A stretch of 64,000 bases of DNA, taken from Podarcis filfolensis (taxonomy: Eukaryota). Made by a program: the position numbers and the translations under genes. Shown here in pieces: positions 1-14,148 of the stretch (within the stretch, counting starts at the first letter, position 1; each line of letters begins with the position of its first letter). The stretch is taken from NCBI GenBank assembly GCA_964270895.1, contig OZ185440.1. The stretch is one strand, 5' to 3'. Below the pieces are notes generated by a model. It was not told the origin of the DNA. It was given only the letters and a program-made list of their open reading frames with translations, and searched no databases.

Positions 1-627
1 AGCTGGGCCGGCCCTGCCTTTGGAGTGCCTTAAGGTGCAGTTTTCCTGACAGACAGGGCATAGCAAAGGGAAGCATTACTGTCTGAACAAAGTCTCTATA
101 TGTTGTCATTATTATTATTGAACTGGAATTATTAATAGTCATGTTTATATACAGTGATGATATTTGCAGCAAACAGGACAAAACTTGTGCATTAACAAAA
201 AGGCAACACTTAGTTGCCCAAAGCAAAATACCAATATGAGACATGATGACATTACACTGAGCAAACGTATCTGTGGAAGGTAAGCTGAAAGCGCGAGGAG
301 GAAATAGCAGAGCAGTGGGAGCATGCTCCTGGGGAATCTCATAAGCAAGTGAATACAGAAAGAAATAGGACAAATGTCTCCCTTTTTAAAACAACAACAA
401 CAACACCAAAGTGACTACTAGCCACAGACGACAATTAACCGAGAAGTACATATGTCACATTTTAAAACATTTCTTCCTATGCATACATTCTCTTCCACCC
501 ACCCACCCAGCATGCATCCTCTGTCCAATCTCTTGCTAATCCTTCTTCTTTTATGATAGAGATATTCTAAAAGGAGTTTAAACACTCAAAGTACCAATCA
601 AATAAATCCCTCATAGCCTTCTTTATC

Positions 628-817
628 GGGGGAAGGCAATAGCTCAGTAATTCAATGCATGTTGTTTAAGCAGAAGTTCTCAGGTTCAATCCAAGACTCC
701 ATTTCTAGTTAGAACAATCTCAGGGAGCAGACCTCAGTAGGCCCTAGGAGAGCTGCTGCCAGCACTGGGCAGGAGGGATCAAACCCTGACACAAAAATAA
801 GGAAGTTTCATGTGTTC
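628..817 (+). mobile_element. Degenerate tRNA-headed SINE with an L2/CR1-type tail
   Basis: Head ggggaaggcaatagctcagt...caggttcaatcc (A/B-box-like), body ggagagctgctgccag, tail aaggaagtttcatgtgttc; same layout as 31372-31561. Confidence 0.7.
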
Positions 818-2594
818 GCTCTATTCAAATCAACAGAGGTTGCAGCAACAAGTAGTTCTTGGTGGAATTGCTTCCCCTACAGTTGCTTATAAAGCATGCC
901 CTTTGTTCCCGATGCACAGTTGACTTCTAATTCTGTTCATGCAAATGCGTTGAATAATAATGCTCTTTCACTTCCTCTCCAGCATACCGTGCCATAATTA
1001 ACAGGAGGGCAACCAACAGGCAGCATCTAAACATGTTCTTCCTTCGTCACCTTCCTGTGTGATTCCTTTTACAGTGCTAATGTATTTTTTATGACCCATT
1101 GACACAACACTGAAATGCATCCACAGTTTCTGATCTGTAAATGTCACAACTGCATATTAAGCCATTATAAATGCTGCTTGCTCAGGGAATTGTGATGATG
1201 ATGACCATATGTCTGCATTTTAGTCTTCTTTAATATAGCACACTAGACGAGCCTAATTGGGCATATTTATATTGCAGATATAAACCAAGAGAAATAATAA
1301 ACCATAAAGCAAGTCTGATGAGATTTCAAGTCTGGGAAAAGATTGCAAGCAGCAACAGAAGAAATAAATGCAGAATAAGGAACTAGACTTTTTCTTAGAT
1401 ACTCATAGCAAGATTATATTTTGTGAATTTCCACATTTGTTTGGAAATCTTCAGACTGGTTCACTCAAATATGTATATAATCCTTTGATTAGCATCTAAA
1501 TTAATAAATTGACTCCAGTGAATACCATAGCATATGTTGAGTTCTATTTCTGTTTGTGGTGCTGGATGTAAAGTGATGCATTTCCAACAGCACTGAAAAG
1601 CAATGCCTCTGAGGAGAATGAAGATTTGTGTTGTTGATAAATGATTTGTCTGCACATGACTGCTTTGCACTGCAGTCACATGGTCAGCGATTATTATTCC
1701 TTACAGTCTATATCCTCAGCAAGGCTGTAATCCTATGAACACTTACCATAAGAGGTATAGTTCCATTGACCCAATGAGACCATTTTGGAGTAGACATGTA
1801 TAGGACTTAAGTGTGTGTAAGGTTGCAGACTATGCTGCTTATAGCTAATATTCACATATGATCTTTCAGTTCATTTGGCTTGAAATAAATAAAACTTTTG
1901 TAGAAAAATCCAGCTGCAAAGTCCCTTAAAAGATTTGGCATGTTTGAAAAGGGCAGCTGTGGTTTGGTGTTTCTTTGTTTCTTTCTAAACTGGGCAATGT
2001 CAGGCATGGAGTATCAATGCAATAGCATGGATATTGATCATTACTAGCCTTAAATAATTAAATGGGAAACTAATAGTTAATTAAATGCCCCTCTTAAACA
2101 CCAGATGAGCTCTTAGTATCTAGACGTTGAATGCAAATTGAGACATTTCCTTAAGTGAGTCTATCTCATAACTAATAATTATTGTTTTGGTTTATTTTTA
2201 TTTGCAAAACATGTGAGTGTTTAAGAGTGAATGATCCCTATCTGCGCCTATGGTTTCCATCCCACAGTAACTGCAGCATTTTATAAAGTCTTATGATGAA
2301 ATTACTGGCAGCTCCATTTTAATCATTTGCGCTGATACTTCTGCTTTTTCAACTGGGGTGTAGTGATATGTTTTGTGATGCTCTAACTCTTGGTTTGCCC
2401 TGTCCTAAGCACTTAGAGGGCTATATAGAAAGGATACTAGTAGCTTGACCCATGGTATGACATGCAAGCTAAAAAAGTGAAGGCAAATCCTTATGTAAAA
2501 CACCTTGAAGAGGGTGTTTTATGCATTGATTTGTATGCATTGTGTGTGTGTGTGTGTGGTTTCATGCATTCATTATCTTATTGCTTGGCTGCAA

Positions 2595-2620
2595 TAAGAT
2601 ACCTTTACCTTTACCTACCT
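2595..2620 (+). mobile_element. Tail-only (ACCTTT)n retroposon insertion with a 14-bp TSD
   Basis: taagatacctttacctttacctacct flanked by exact TTGCTTGGCTGCAA at 2581-2594 and 2621-2634. Confidence 0.75.
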
Positions 2621-4450
2621 TTGCTTGGCTGCAAATGACAATGTTTGTTACGCAAATCATATCCAGCTCATCTCTATTCTTTATCTTTGATGTTTGAGTG
2701 AAGCTGGTGAGTCATCTATACCCTTCAAACTTTGGCTAGCCACAAATTTATTTCTTCCTTGGTTCTGCCACACAAGTTGCTTTCACTCACACCATCAGAC
2801 AGAAGCAATATTTGAATAAATGGACATTTGGTAGGACCCATAGTAGCTATCTTCCAACTATGACTGGTTCATGGCAGATTAGCAAACACAACAACTTCAG
2901 AGGCATAATCACAACACTGTAGCACAAGTTCACGTGTTAGAAAATGGCAGTATAGATTCACAAGAAGCCATTTGTTTTCTAATCCCAGTGTCATTAATAA
3001 TTGCAAATCTAGCAAAAAAGAAAAAGGGAAAAAAAGTAAGAGTTGTTTTGATCAAAGTATGCTGCAGTGGGAACAGCATTCTGGGGCATGTGAATCTTGC
3101 TCTCATTAGCACTTAATAGCTGGGACTGATGGATTTCCACATTTTGGCAATGGGAGATCTGGGATGCAATTGCTAGTGGCCTCCTGGGAAAAGCAGCCAT
3201 TTCTTCCACTTGGTGGCTGATTAATGCTGAAGCAGCTGAGAAAAGGTGGCATTTGAGACTGACCCAAAGTGTTAAGACTGAAGGGAAAGGAGCCACTCAA
3301 GGCAGACACCCTATAATCATTATAGCATAATGGATGACCCTATTAAAGACTGCGAGAGTCAGTATACTATATTTAGGTGCTGCTGATTGCAGGCTTTTCA
3401 TGTTTCTTAACATTTCACCTAAGGTTTCCCCAGCCTAGATTTTGAATGAAGTCACGATTCCAGCAATATGGAATGGAACAGCTTTTGACCTCTGGTACAG
3501 CAGTAGATCTTCTAAAAAGTGACACTCATTCAGTGGATTAGTATATATATACTAACATTATATCATTTTTCCTATTTTTACAATGTGAAATCATGTGAAA
3601 GAAAGCTGTATGCTGCTATGAAAAACAACCACTTACTCCAGCGCTATGGAATAATTATAACATGAAGACTAGGTTGAAAAAGAAATATTCCCCCCCTCAT
3701 GAGACAAAAAAGTGAAAGTAATGGTCTTTGAGAAGGTGGAGTAATTAATTACATATCAAGGGGGGTGGGGGTGCTTAAGAAAAATCAAGATCAGCCACAG
3801 AGCTGGAGATGGGTGCATCTTCAACTATGGCATCTGAAAGGGATTTGGTAGCCACCCACTTAATTTGAAATGAAGTTAGATTTAAAATAATAAAAACAAG
3901 TTAACAACATTGCCCAAAGGCAACTCATTGCTGAATAATAACTCGATCCTACATGTGTTTACTCAAAAGTAAATCCCAATGCATTCAGTGGTCTTATCCC
4001 CAAGTAAATATTCATAGGACTGTAGCCTGGGGCTATGCACACTTAATTTGGGATAAGTCCCAGTGAATTTAATCAGATTATTTTCAAAGCATCACACTTA
4101 ATGATCTTCTGTAAATATTTATTTGAACTTATACTAGATCTCTGGAGAATGAGTTTTTTTAAAAAAACAAAAATCTTACAGTTGTTGGCATAGCAAGTTG
4201 TTTTAAGCCAGTTTCTGATCAGGATCCACCGGCTTCTGAAGAGTAAGGCAGTGGTGCCATGTTTGATGATGATGATGACCCAATTTTGGGCTAAATTATG
4301 GAATAGGATCAGGACTGCAGTAATTCATATAGACACTGCTCCATGAAAATATGGGAAGCAGAAACTTACGTTTGGATTTTCTCATTCAGAATGTTTGCAT
4401 AAGGGCAATGTAACTCACAATTTTGAAACCTCAACACTTCCTAATATGTT

Positions 4451-4506
4451 GAAGGAAGGAAGGAAGGAAGGAAGGAAGGAAGGAAGGAAGGAAGGAAGGA
4501 AGGAAG
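4451..4506 (+). repeat. (GAAG)n microsatellite
   Basis: Direct reading of the sequence. Confidence 0.98.
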
Positions 4507-5564
4507 GGTCTTTTGAGACCAGGGGTATAGAGAAATAGACTTAAAACTATTCTGTATCTCCTATGCTCAAAAATGTTATGAAATCATACAATCGGTTCCA
4601 GAGGTGTGCAACAGTAGAAATGCAGCTACCAAGGACTTTGAAATAACAGAAAAGGTAAAAGAGTAAAGGAACAATATCCAGCACTGCACAAAAGAATAAG
4701 TGGGCACTCTCTCCAGACAGAGATAATAATCTCACATCATAGAGTCGTTTTGACAGGCCTGATAGAGGATAACAAGAGATTGCTTTCTAAAACGGACAAA
4801 ATTGAAAATAAATCCAGGATTAGGCATTTTAGAATTACTGTTGTCCCAGAGGGGATGGAGCCCTCCAGTTGTTCTTAGGCAAGGGGAGGCGCGGTTAACT
4901 AAGCTTGTGCAGTTGTCTGATTTAGATCAAGTGCTTTCAGGAAGAAGATTCTTAAGGGTGGGAAGGAATCCTCAGCTCCAGCCATGCCATAAATCCTTTT
5001 GATTGTCTTTGGATACCAGGCAGTTCATAATACAGTCCTCAAAGCTGCTGGAGTCACCTGAGGGGTACAATCGGTTGGTGAAGACTAGGGAAAGCTGTAA
5101 ATGTGATAATGAAGTTCAAAAGCATGAGGCTGGTAATGAAAGGCCAAAGGAACTGTGCGCATACGACTTAGAGATAAGAAAATGAAGGGAACATAGTAGT
5201 ATTCAAATGCGATAAAAGACTCCCACAGTGAAGGAGAGCAAATGTTTTCCTGTTCAGCTTTAGGTTGGACATTACATATATCTATATATGAAAATCTGTA
5301 CCAAGTATGCAGTAACAGTCTGCATGAAAATGTAGATTCTTCTTCCCCGAAGGTACTGACAACCTAATTTTTTTTGATGGAGGAAAGCCACATGTCATAA
5401 CACAGAGCCTTGGGGAGCCTTAACAGAGTCAGGAGTATGCAACCAGACCTGAAGACAAAGTCTTTCTAGTAGGAACGGCAGTGGTTTGGAGTGCTTGGTA
5501 TGTTTGAAAGGGAGAAATGAATCTTATATGCCTCTACATTCTTTTAATGTCTGATGTTTTATCG

Positions 5565-5565
<1 letters not shown>

Positions 5566-5606
<41 letters not shown>

Positions 5607-5673
5607 CATCATCATCATTAATTCTGTTGGGAGCCACCCAGAGTAGCTGGGGAAACCCAGCCAGATGGGCAGC

Positions 5674-5714
<41 letters not shown>
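5566..5714. repeat. (ATT)n(ATC)n, then an L2-type 3' end fragment, then (AAT)n
   Basis: Microsatellites read directly; core gggagccacccagagtagctggggaaacccagccagatgggc resembles squamate L2 3' ends. Confidence 0.8.
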
Positions 5715-5929
5715 TAATTTTATGGTTTCACTCAAAATTCCCTTCTGGTTTCCATCTGCCCACCCCACTGCATCTACTCTTCAGGAGCCCCACCCACCAA
5801 CTCCCTGCCCCGAGAACACACTCCTCCTTTCCTACCCCGGGCACCAGAGGTTGACATGGTTGGGCACTTGCCTCAGGTCTTGGAAGGGCCTATTGCCAGC
5901 ACTACTTAGCTCATTCTCTGGGTCCCACT

Positions 5930-6260
5930 TGACACTGCAATGCAGGAATTGCAGCTAAAGAATCCCTGACAGATAGCCATCCAACCTATGTTTTAAAAAG
6001 AACCTCCAAGGAAGTAGATTCTACACTCTCCAAGGCAGTCTGTTCCACTGCCAGCTGCCAGCTTTTGCTGTCAGAAAGTCCTTCTGATGTTTAGTTAGAA
6101 TCTCATTTCCTGCAATTTGAATCCATTGGTTTGGGTCCCTCAGGAGCAGGAGAATAGAAGCTTGCTCCATCTTCTATGTGACAGCCCTTCATGTATATTT
6201 TAAGATGGCTATGAAATCACCTCTCAGACTTCTCTTTACCAGGTTATACATACCCAACTG
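5930..6260 (-). mobile_element. CR1 LINE 3' fragment
   Basis: Motifs gatagccatccaacc, aggcagtctgttccactg, ttctgatgtttagttagaatctc and aagatggctat, shared with the copy at 53725-54330. Confidence 0.8.
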
Positions 6261-8615
6261 TGAGGTGATTGACAGGTGAGAGGCCTTGTTCACCTCTCAG
6301 ACTTGTCCTGCTGGACAAATCCAGTTCTCCACCCTTGATATAGTGGATATAATTTGGTTATGATGCTGTAAAGATATATGACCAAATGATGATCACTGAA
6401 GGCAACTAATGTCAGTTAAAGCAAGTGAGGGCAATGACAATATGTATATTTCTCAAGGACTGTAAAGTGTGTGTGTGTGTGTGTGTAGAAAATTCTGAAA
6501 TGGATTCAAAACTAGATAAAACAATAGACTTTCGAAGAAAGCTTTTGTTCTCATCAGTATTCATTTCCCGAGAATTCAATTAGTGAGGTGGTTTCTTTCA
6601 ACAAGTCTCATAAGCAGGTTTCGGGCTTGTGAAAAATGTGAAATCTATCTCACAGTTATCCATAAAATGGCTGTTCTGCCACCTTCATTTCAGGATCAGC
6701 TCTCAGTAAGCTGCTTCCATAGTATGTGAATATTAAATATTGCCTTGTGTATGCAACTTGGGTGCACTGTTTACTACAGAAGAGAAAAAATGTATTCAGT
6801 ACACAGTATAAACCACCACAGTTGGCAATGAGAGTTTATGGGGACCTTTGGAAAATACGTTGGACTCTGGATTATAGCTATACAATTCCCCATCTTCTGA
6901 ATTATTAAAAAGTGTGCAGATAATACTGGAGCACAGCTCTTTTATGGAAACCTTGCATTGGGATGTGACTAGAGGGTTACTGAGCAATACAGTGGGTTTC
7001 CGTACAGACTCTTGTCTAATATCACATTTGAAAATTGTATGCTTGACTTAAAAGGGAAATTTGTTCTGGCTGAGCTATATATGTACACTCCAGTTTTTTG
7101 TCAGGGAAGAAGAATGCTGCCCTACACATTTTAATAAGTAGATTAGAATGGATCCAAAGAGGTAAGTCAAGTCTGTTATGTAAATTTTTGTGCGAGATAC
7201 CCGCTGTGCATAGCAAAATGCTTATGGAAATGCTTTGAAAAGAATTATTCTACATTTGGGTAGCTAAAAGAGAATCCTTTGGATTTGGATTTCCTCACAA
7301 TGAGAAAGATATTAGATTTCTGTCTGGATTATCCATGCCAATTAAAAACTTTAATTATTGCTTCACTTTAGTGTTGTGCATGGGGGGGAGAGCACTAGAA
7401 GCTGGTCCTATTTTTAATATTGCTTTGGCTTTGAACAAAATGACAATTTGTTGTTTTGACAATTTGTGCAAATTCCATTTTAGATTTCCCTCCCCCCCCC
7501 CCCATGGTAAATCACACAAGTTGGGATTTTACTTGATATATTGACAAGAGCTGAATAGTAGCCAAGAGGCCACGTTTCCACATTATGGCTTGAAATTGAA
7601 TAGGTTATCAATTATTTTAAATATTATGTTTTCTGGGAGGAAACCTAACAGCAGTAGAACAACAGTTACAAGAGCAGAATGTGGCACAAATGAAAAATTA
7701 AGTGAAGGGCTAAATAAATAAATATACAGTTTATAATTGTTGCTTTATGATCTCCATATTATATATATTTTGTCATGCACTGCTCTGGGTTTGAAGGGAG
7801 GAATATAAATTTAATAAATACATTTCATGAATAAATGAATGGATAATAAGAATATGGCAAAGCCACATGTGCAAGCTCTTTACATCTGGCTGTAATCCTT
7901 GCTTCCAGCTAGGAGGAAAGGACTGCATTCTTGGCCTTCTCCCTAGGGATCAGGGATTCCAAATGTGGTTATGGTGATATAGGCAGAAGGCCTTGTGAAA
8001 TACATCCTGTGTTGCTTTACTTGCGGATGAATGCAAGTTTAGGGGGTGATCTCCACAGAACAATATGTCACTTTTCAAACCCTCAAATTTGTATGGAGAT
8101 GGAAGCAAGGTTTGGATTGACAAACTCCGAAGGATTATCTGTGGAGGTTGCAAAGTAGAGTAAAATTATAATATTACTTTTATGAACCAAGCTAACAGGT
8201 GGGGGAGGGGGAAATCAGGATTTATATTAGTTATGAGGCACATACCCCCTATTTGCTTTATGTGTGGAAAAAGGCAGATTATTTATTGCTACGTCACTGT
8301 GCCAGCACTGTAAAATATAAGGTGAAAATAAATAATCTCTCTATTAGAATGCCTCCCACTCATACCTCTTTAAATTATGATATGGTATTTAAGATTTATA
8401 CATTTTCTTATCAGCGAAGACTTTTAAATAAGAAGCAAAATGTTCACAATATTTTCTCTTTTAAATACCTTTAGTAATGTAAACTAAACAACACTCTTCT
8501 GTCTTTTCTAGTAATTATGGAAAAGTATAAGGTTCATATCTTTTTGAATACACATAGCATTTAAACTTTGAATCTACCTTAGGTGAAGCAAGAAATGAAG
8601 TTAAATATCTCTAAT

Positions 8616-8740
8616 CAGTGCTATTTTCTAGGAAAAGAGGTACCAGAACTCACCATGAACACTTCCCTTGTTCTCATATAATGGCAATGGCCCACCTGAC
8701 AGGTGCCGGAACTGAATTATGGCTGGGAAAAAATGCCCTG
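8616..8740. mobile_element. hAT-type MITE
   Basis: Termini CAGTGCTATTTT / AAAAAATGCCCTG; degenerate 8-bp flanks tctctaat / gttctaac. Confidence 0.6.
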
Positions 8741-9119
8741 GTTCTAACACAGTGAAGTTGCTCAAGGCTCTCAAATGATGGCTAGAACTTTAAACACTTT
8801 TCAAAGACAACTAAGGAAACAGAGAAGCCTGCTTCTTCTCAGTATCTGTACTATAATCTACAAAGGGAATTGTTTTTATGTCTCTAGTGGTGATGAAGAA
8901 GCCTCTTTCAGTAATGACCCCAGCTGCCTTTCTGTTGCACAGCAGTTTGACATTTTGAAGAGCCTGCAGCTGCCACTGGTGGAAATGGCAGGTCAGATTA
9001 TCCAAGGCAAGAAGGGGAAAGGGAGTAAGATGCGTAGGAAAGCAAGACTGGGAGTAGAAGTGCTGGAAGAGAACAGATGGGTGGAACAGGGGGGTGGGGA
9101 GAGTGCTGTTGTGTTCAGG

Positions 9120-9215
9120 CCCTGTGTTTGTGGGCTTCCCCAGGCATCTGGTTGGCCGCTCTGAGAACATAATGCAGGGTTAGATGGGTCATTGGCCTGA
9201 TCCAGAAGGATCTTC
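9120..9215 (+). mobile_element. L2/CR1-type LINE or SINE 3' tail
   Basis: caggcatctggttggcc...tagatgggtcattggcctgatccag...ttcttag; a reverse-oriented relative lies at about 48620-48730. Confidence 0.6.
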
Positions 9216-12200
9216 TTAGTTTATCATGTGTTTGAGAAGCATATTGGGAAAGACCAGGTTGGTAAATACGGCAAGGATCTGTCAGGAGGAAAGGAACCTG
9301 AAAGTCACATAAAACTTTATATTACAGGCATGCAGCTAAACATTTAGTGAGTTATTTTGAATTTCTTAAAAGTTTAAATATACTGCATGGTGATAAGCTT
9401 AACATGAGCATATCATGTATAATAGCTAGCTTGTTTAAAGTGCTTTGGGTATCTGAAAATTGTGAATGTGGACAAGGTACATTTTGGGGTGATGCTCTTT
9501 GACCTCGGGTCTGCAATTCTGCTATGTTTTTGTGCCAATGAGACTAAGTTGTGTCCCTTGTATTGCTGCGTGAGAAAGCTGGATGAAGAAGAACATATTA
9601 AACTGGCACAGCTGCATTGGTGTTAGGCATGTCACAAGAGCACAAGCCTATATGTGTCTACTCAAAAGTAAGAGCCACTGAATTCAGTGTGGCTTACTGA
9701 GTATGTATAGGATTGGAGCCCAATGCTTCTGTACTTGTGCCTGTTAAAGAGGTTTGTAAATCTCTTCTACCGTTGGTAGGTAGAACTGGGTGACTGGGCT
9801 CAAAGATACTGACCCGTTTACATTATAATATTCAGCAGCTCCTGCCTTATTCTCCAAACCCACTCTTACTTATGGTGGTTGGGGAGGGCCACATATAGTG
9901 AAACTGTCTCTCCACAACTGCCTTGGAAATAAGAATTTTTTTAAAAGAAAAAAACCTAGACAATAACAACAGTTTAAGTTAAGCATCTTTTTCACTGAAA
10001 GAGGACTTCACCTTGTGACACCAAAATGGCTACTTTTCCAAATTTACCACAATGCAGCATCTCATTAACTGAGCACCCTGCTGAACAATCTCCTGCTGAT
10101 ATATAATGAGGATGTAGTGTGTGCTTCGGCTCAAAAGCTCCTTCAATGACCGAAAATTGTGTATTTCTAGATATGTATCATCTGCTTGGGGACATGTCTG
10201 CGAACATGTTTGAGAGATTGCGTGTTCCTGTTTCTATTTGGAACGATCTGTCCATAGCTCTCAAAAATGCAGTTCGTTGCTTCACACTTATGTAGCCCAA
10301 TCCCATGCAATATTTACTGAGATGTAAGGCTTAAACTGTTCATAGCACTTAATTCCCGGCTAAATGCTAGTAGTAGAGCTGCCTTAATTTTTCTTTTTTG
10401 TTGCCAATGGTATTTCTTTGTTGCTGTTGAAATAACCTGAACAGAGGCAAGTAAAGAGATTCAGACTGCAATCCTATATCCACTTACCTGGGAGGAAGTA
10501 TATGTCATTAAACTGAATGGGACTCACTTCTAAGTAACAGTGTATGACACTGGTTTCCATGCTTACAGCTCATGTTTAGTGTTTTCTTTAGTATGGGATA
10601 TGTTTTCTACTAAGCTCAGCATGCCCTATCTGTAAAATCAGTAAAGACTGCTTACCTATAGCAGCGGGTTCTTATCTGCACACCTGGCTGACTCCATCAT
10701 CAGCCTCAGCTGGCTGCAGGGGTCAACGAGATTTACCACTGGATTTTATTTGAATTGGCCAATCATGGCCATTTGGGTGGGCGGGGCTCTGGCGATGGAC
10801 CCAGGCTTCACTCTGGTCCACTGCCACAGCATTTAAACCAGCTGCGCTGGGAGCAGACAGCAGTCAGCATGAGACTGCTGCCCAGAGGTAAGTGGGCAGC
10901 ACGTATGTATCACCTTGTTGTGGTTGATGAGTCACCATATTCAGCCCCAGGGAGGAATTCCGCTGCCCCAAAATTGGGCCTGCCTTGGGGTTTTGTCTTC
11001 CTCATAGCAACTGTCACAACGTTTTGGTGGAAAGAGGCATTGGATTGGATCCTTAGCCAAGGGGGTGGGTCCCACACCCTTTCTCCACAATCAAAATTAC
11101 AGGGTACCCCAGTAAAGGAGTCCAGGGGGAAGGTTGTGTCTGAAGGCCCAGATAGGGGCCAGTGAGCCATAGAACACCCCACATGGTGACCTGGTGGGTT
11201 TGCCCTATTTGATTTGCATCATTTGGTGGTGGTAGTAGGGAGAATCCTTTAGCCCAGGATCCATGTTTGCTTTCTGATTTTGGCCCCATTGTCATTTGGG
11301 TAGTATTGTGATATAGTATTTGGTAGTAGGTAGTAGACTTGTTGGGGGGCGGGGAAATAGCTGTCCACCTTAGGTGAAGTTGCTCTGCCATCAGACTTGC
11401 CATGGACATATTTAGCAGCATTTCCTTTTAATGATCTTGGCTTTAAAAAATGCAATGGAATTTAATATTAATGACTTTTTAAAAAATAGTCCATATCTAT
11501 TAATATCTGGCCTTAATGCCAGGTTTATATATTGCTGGATTGTTGGGAATTTTTTGTGTGCCTGTTCTAAGTCAGTGATGAGCAAGCAGTTTATACAAAG
11601 CTTAATTTCACAACTCCTACTGAGGACAAACTTTTACAGTAATGTCTGCCCACCTGTCATTTCACAATACAAGCTGCCCATGCCTGCTTTTGCTCAAATG
11701 AGCAATGAATAATTCTTCTCGATAAACATTATAATTTTCCCTTCAATAGATTTGCAGTCCAACATAGCAATTGTTGTTTTAATCTTTCAAGCTGTTTTAT
11801 TTCATGCACCTAATAGAAGCTCTGTCTCTTTCTGTTCTAAGCTCCCTTTGCATTTTCATTCCAAGCTACTTCTGATTGCCATATCTTGTATTGAAATATT
11901 TATTACCAAGCCATCAAGTATTAGCCGCTTAAAAATTATACTTTTTGAAGAGAAGAAACAGGCTCCTTGTTTAACTTTTTATACATTCATTATTGTTTGC
12001 ATGCAACAGAAGTGAAAATAACTCTCATGTGAACCTGCTGATAAAGCAAGATGGCCTTTTCCTTGGATTGTAATCTTTGTACACTTATGAGTGGGTATAT
12101 CTAATATTTCACCATAATTTGAGCAAGTACCCTTGTGGAGCTTCCTGGCTTAAACCTGAGTCACTGGCTATGGGGATGGGATTGCAAGGATATGGATAAA

Positions 12201-14148
12201 CAAACACATAATGAATATATGAAGCTGCCATTTGTCCGAAAATTTTTATGTTAAAGGTCAGGACAGAATATTTTTTAAATGCAATAAATAAAATTTAGTC
12301 CAGTTCTGTTTGGAGTAGCAGTGGACCCCTAGGTCTGAAGCAGAAAGGGGACTTTTCCTAGCCCTGCAGCCAAAAGTTATTTTAACTGGAGATGCTTGGG
12401 ACCTTCAGCAAAGCTGAATGCCTCTCCTCCAGTAGTAAACTTCATCCAAACATTATGGGTTGCATCTAACGAAGTCATCCTGTTAGTTCAAGAACTCCCA
12501 CCATGGGCTCCCTCTCTCTCCCCTCTAGATTTGGGGGTGGGTGGAAGGCGCACAGGGAGAGGGAGTCCTGATGTGCAGGAGGAAGTCTTTGTGCTAATGG
12601 GACAACTGCACTGGATACAACTGTATTTTTTAATTTGGGGAGAGGGCATAAAAATCCCCTTCTGTTTCTGCTGAGACAATCTAGGGGAGTTGACAGCCTC
12701 CTAAGAAAAGGTCGTACTTCACTGGGACCATTGTCTGAGACATCTACCTCAACAGATGCGAAAAATTATGCTTTTTTGCCTATACTGAAGTCTTACAGGT
12801 AACTGTTAGTTGCATTTCTAGTATGGTGCCCCATTGCTACATTCATGGCAACACATTATACTCTGACTGATGTAAGGCCAACATATGAAATTGTATGGAA
12901 ATGAAGTGTGTGTGCTTTTTTTAAAGATCCATAAGAACAGCATTACTAGAGCAGACCAATGTATCTCCTGGCCAGAGTCAACTTATTGAACCAGCCCCTG
13001 GGACACATTTTGTTCTCCAATTGGCATGAAGCCCTCATATAATAACTCCACTAGATTGCCTTCACTTAAAAGATTTGATGGTAAATTCATAAGTGCAGCT
13101 TCAGGGCATCATCACATTTTTCCAACTTAGAGTGTTGCAACAAGTGTCAGACATGTGTGGCTAAATTAGTGTTTATTTGCATTGCAACAACAGATCATAG
13201 TGAGAGCTGAACAAATGTGCCATTTAACTCACTACACTAAAGCAACTACTACACTTTATTGATATTAGTTTGTCAAATGGAACCAAATTAAGTCTTTCTG
13301 TTTTGCTTTGTTAGAATGAGATGTATTTAGGCCATCTTTATCAAAACAAAAAATTGTATTACAGATTATTGTTTAGAGCACAGTTTAGAAGTATGCAGGA
13401 ATGTAATTTGGGATCTCTAAAAGATAATTTCTTTATATATTGGTGGTATGAATACAATAAATAATACTTAACACTTTATCTAAATGTTCTGCACATAAAT
13501 GAGAATTTTCACAACAGGGCCATAGACGTTCAGTGTTTCATGCCTGCATCCCTAATTCAGTTTAGTTGGGATAAAAAATGCACAGTAGTGAAAGGATGTG
13601 ATTTATAACACCTCCAAATAATGAACTATTCCATTTTAAAGGCAGAATGAAGTCACACATGTTAGGGGGCAAATATTTTAGTTTTATATCCCATTGAGGT
13701 CATATATGATCGCAAATGCGTAGAAAGGTTAAATACATGGTTATGAGTGAAGTAAAATGTCTAAGAGAACTGAGCTGATAACTCCTAGGCATCAAGTTGA
13801 ATTCAGTCATTAATTCATTGAGTGGCTTTAGGCAAACCATTGTTTCTTAATCTTGACCATTGCCATGCAAGCCAGCTATCTCAGCACTTAATATTATGCA
13901 GAGTAGTCGCCTGAACAGTGTTTGAATGTGCAACACTGGGAGACACTTGCCCCAAGTGAAACTTGCAAATAGCTCTGCCTTCCGTGTTAATAAAACCACA
14001 TCCTCTTCCTGTTCCAGGCTGGAGTCTGTGGGTATATTCCAGTCAGATGTGGTGAAATGCAATAAAGGCAGATGAGAGTCAAGACCATGGAGAGCTCCCT
14101 AAACTACAGGCTTACTGGAAGTGTTTGGTGTTGACTGATGCTTTATAC

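Noticed and set aside
628-700. tRNA-like A/B boxes (also 17320, 21260, 31372, 33990)
   Set aside because: SINE heads continuing into SINE bodies; no cloverleaf.
5559-5958. Poly-Ile ORFs (also 44466-44679)
   Set aside because: Translations of (ATT)n/(AAT)n microsatellites.
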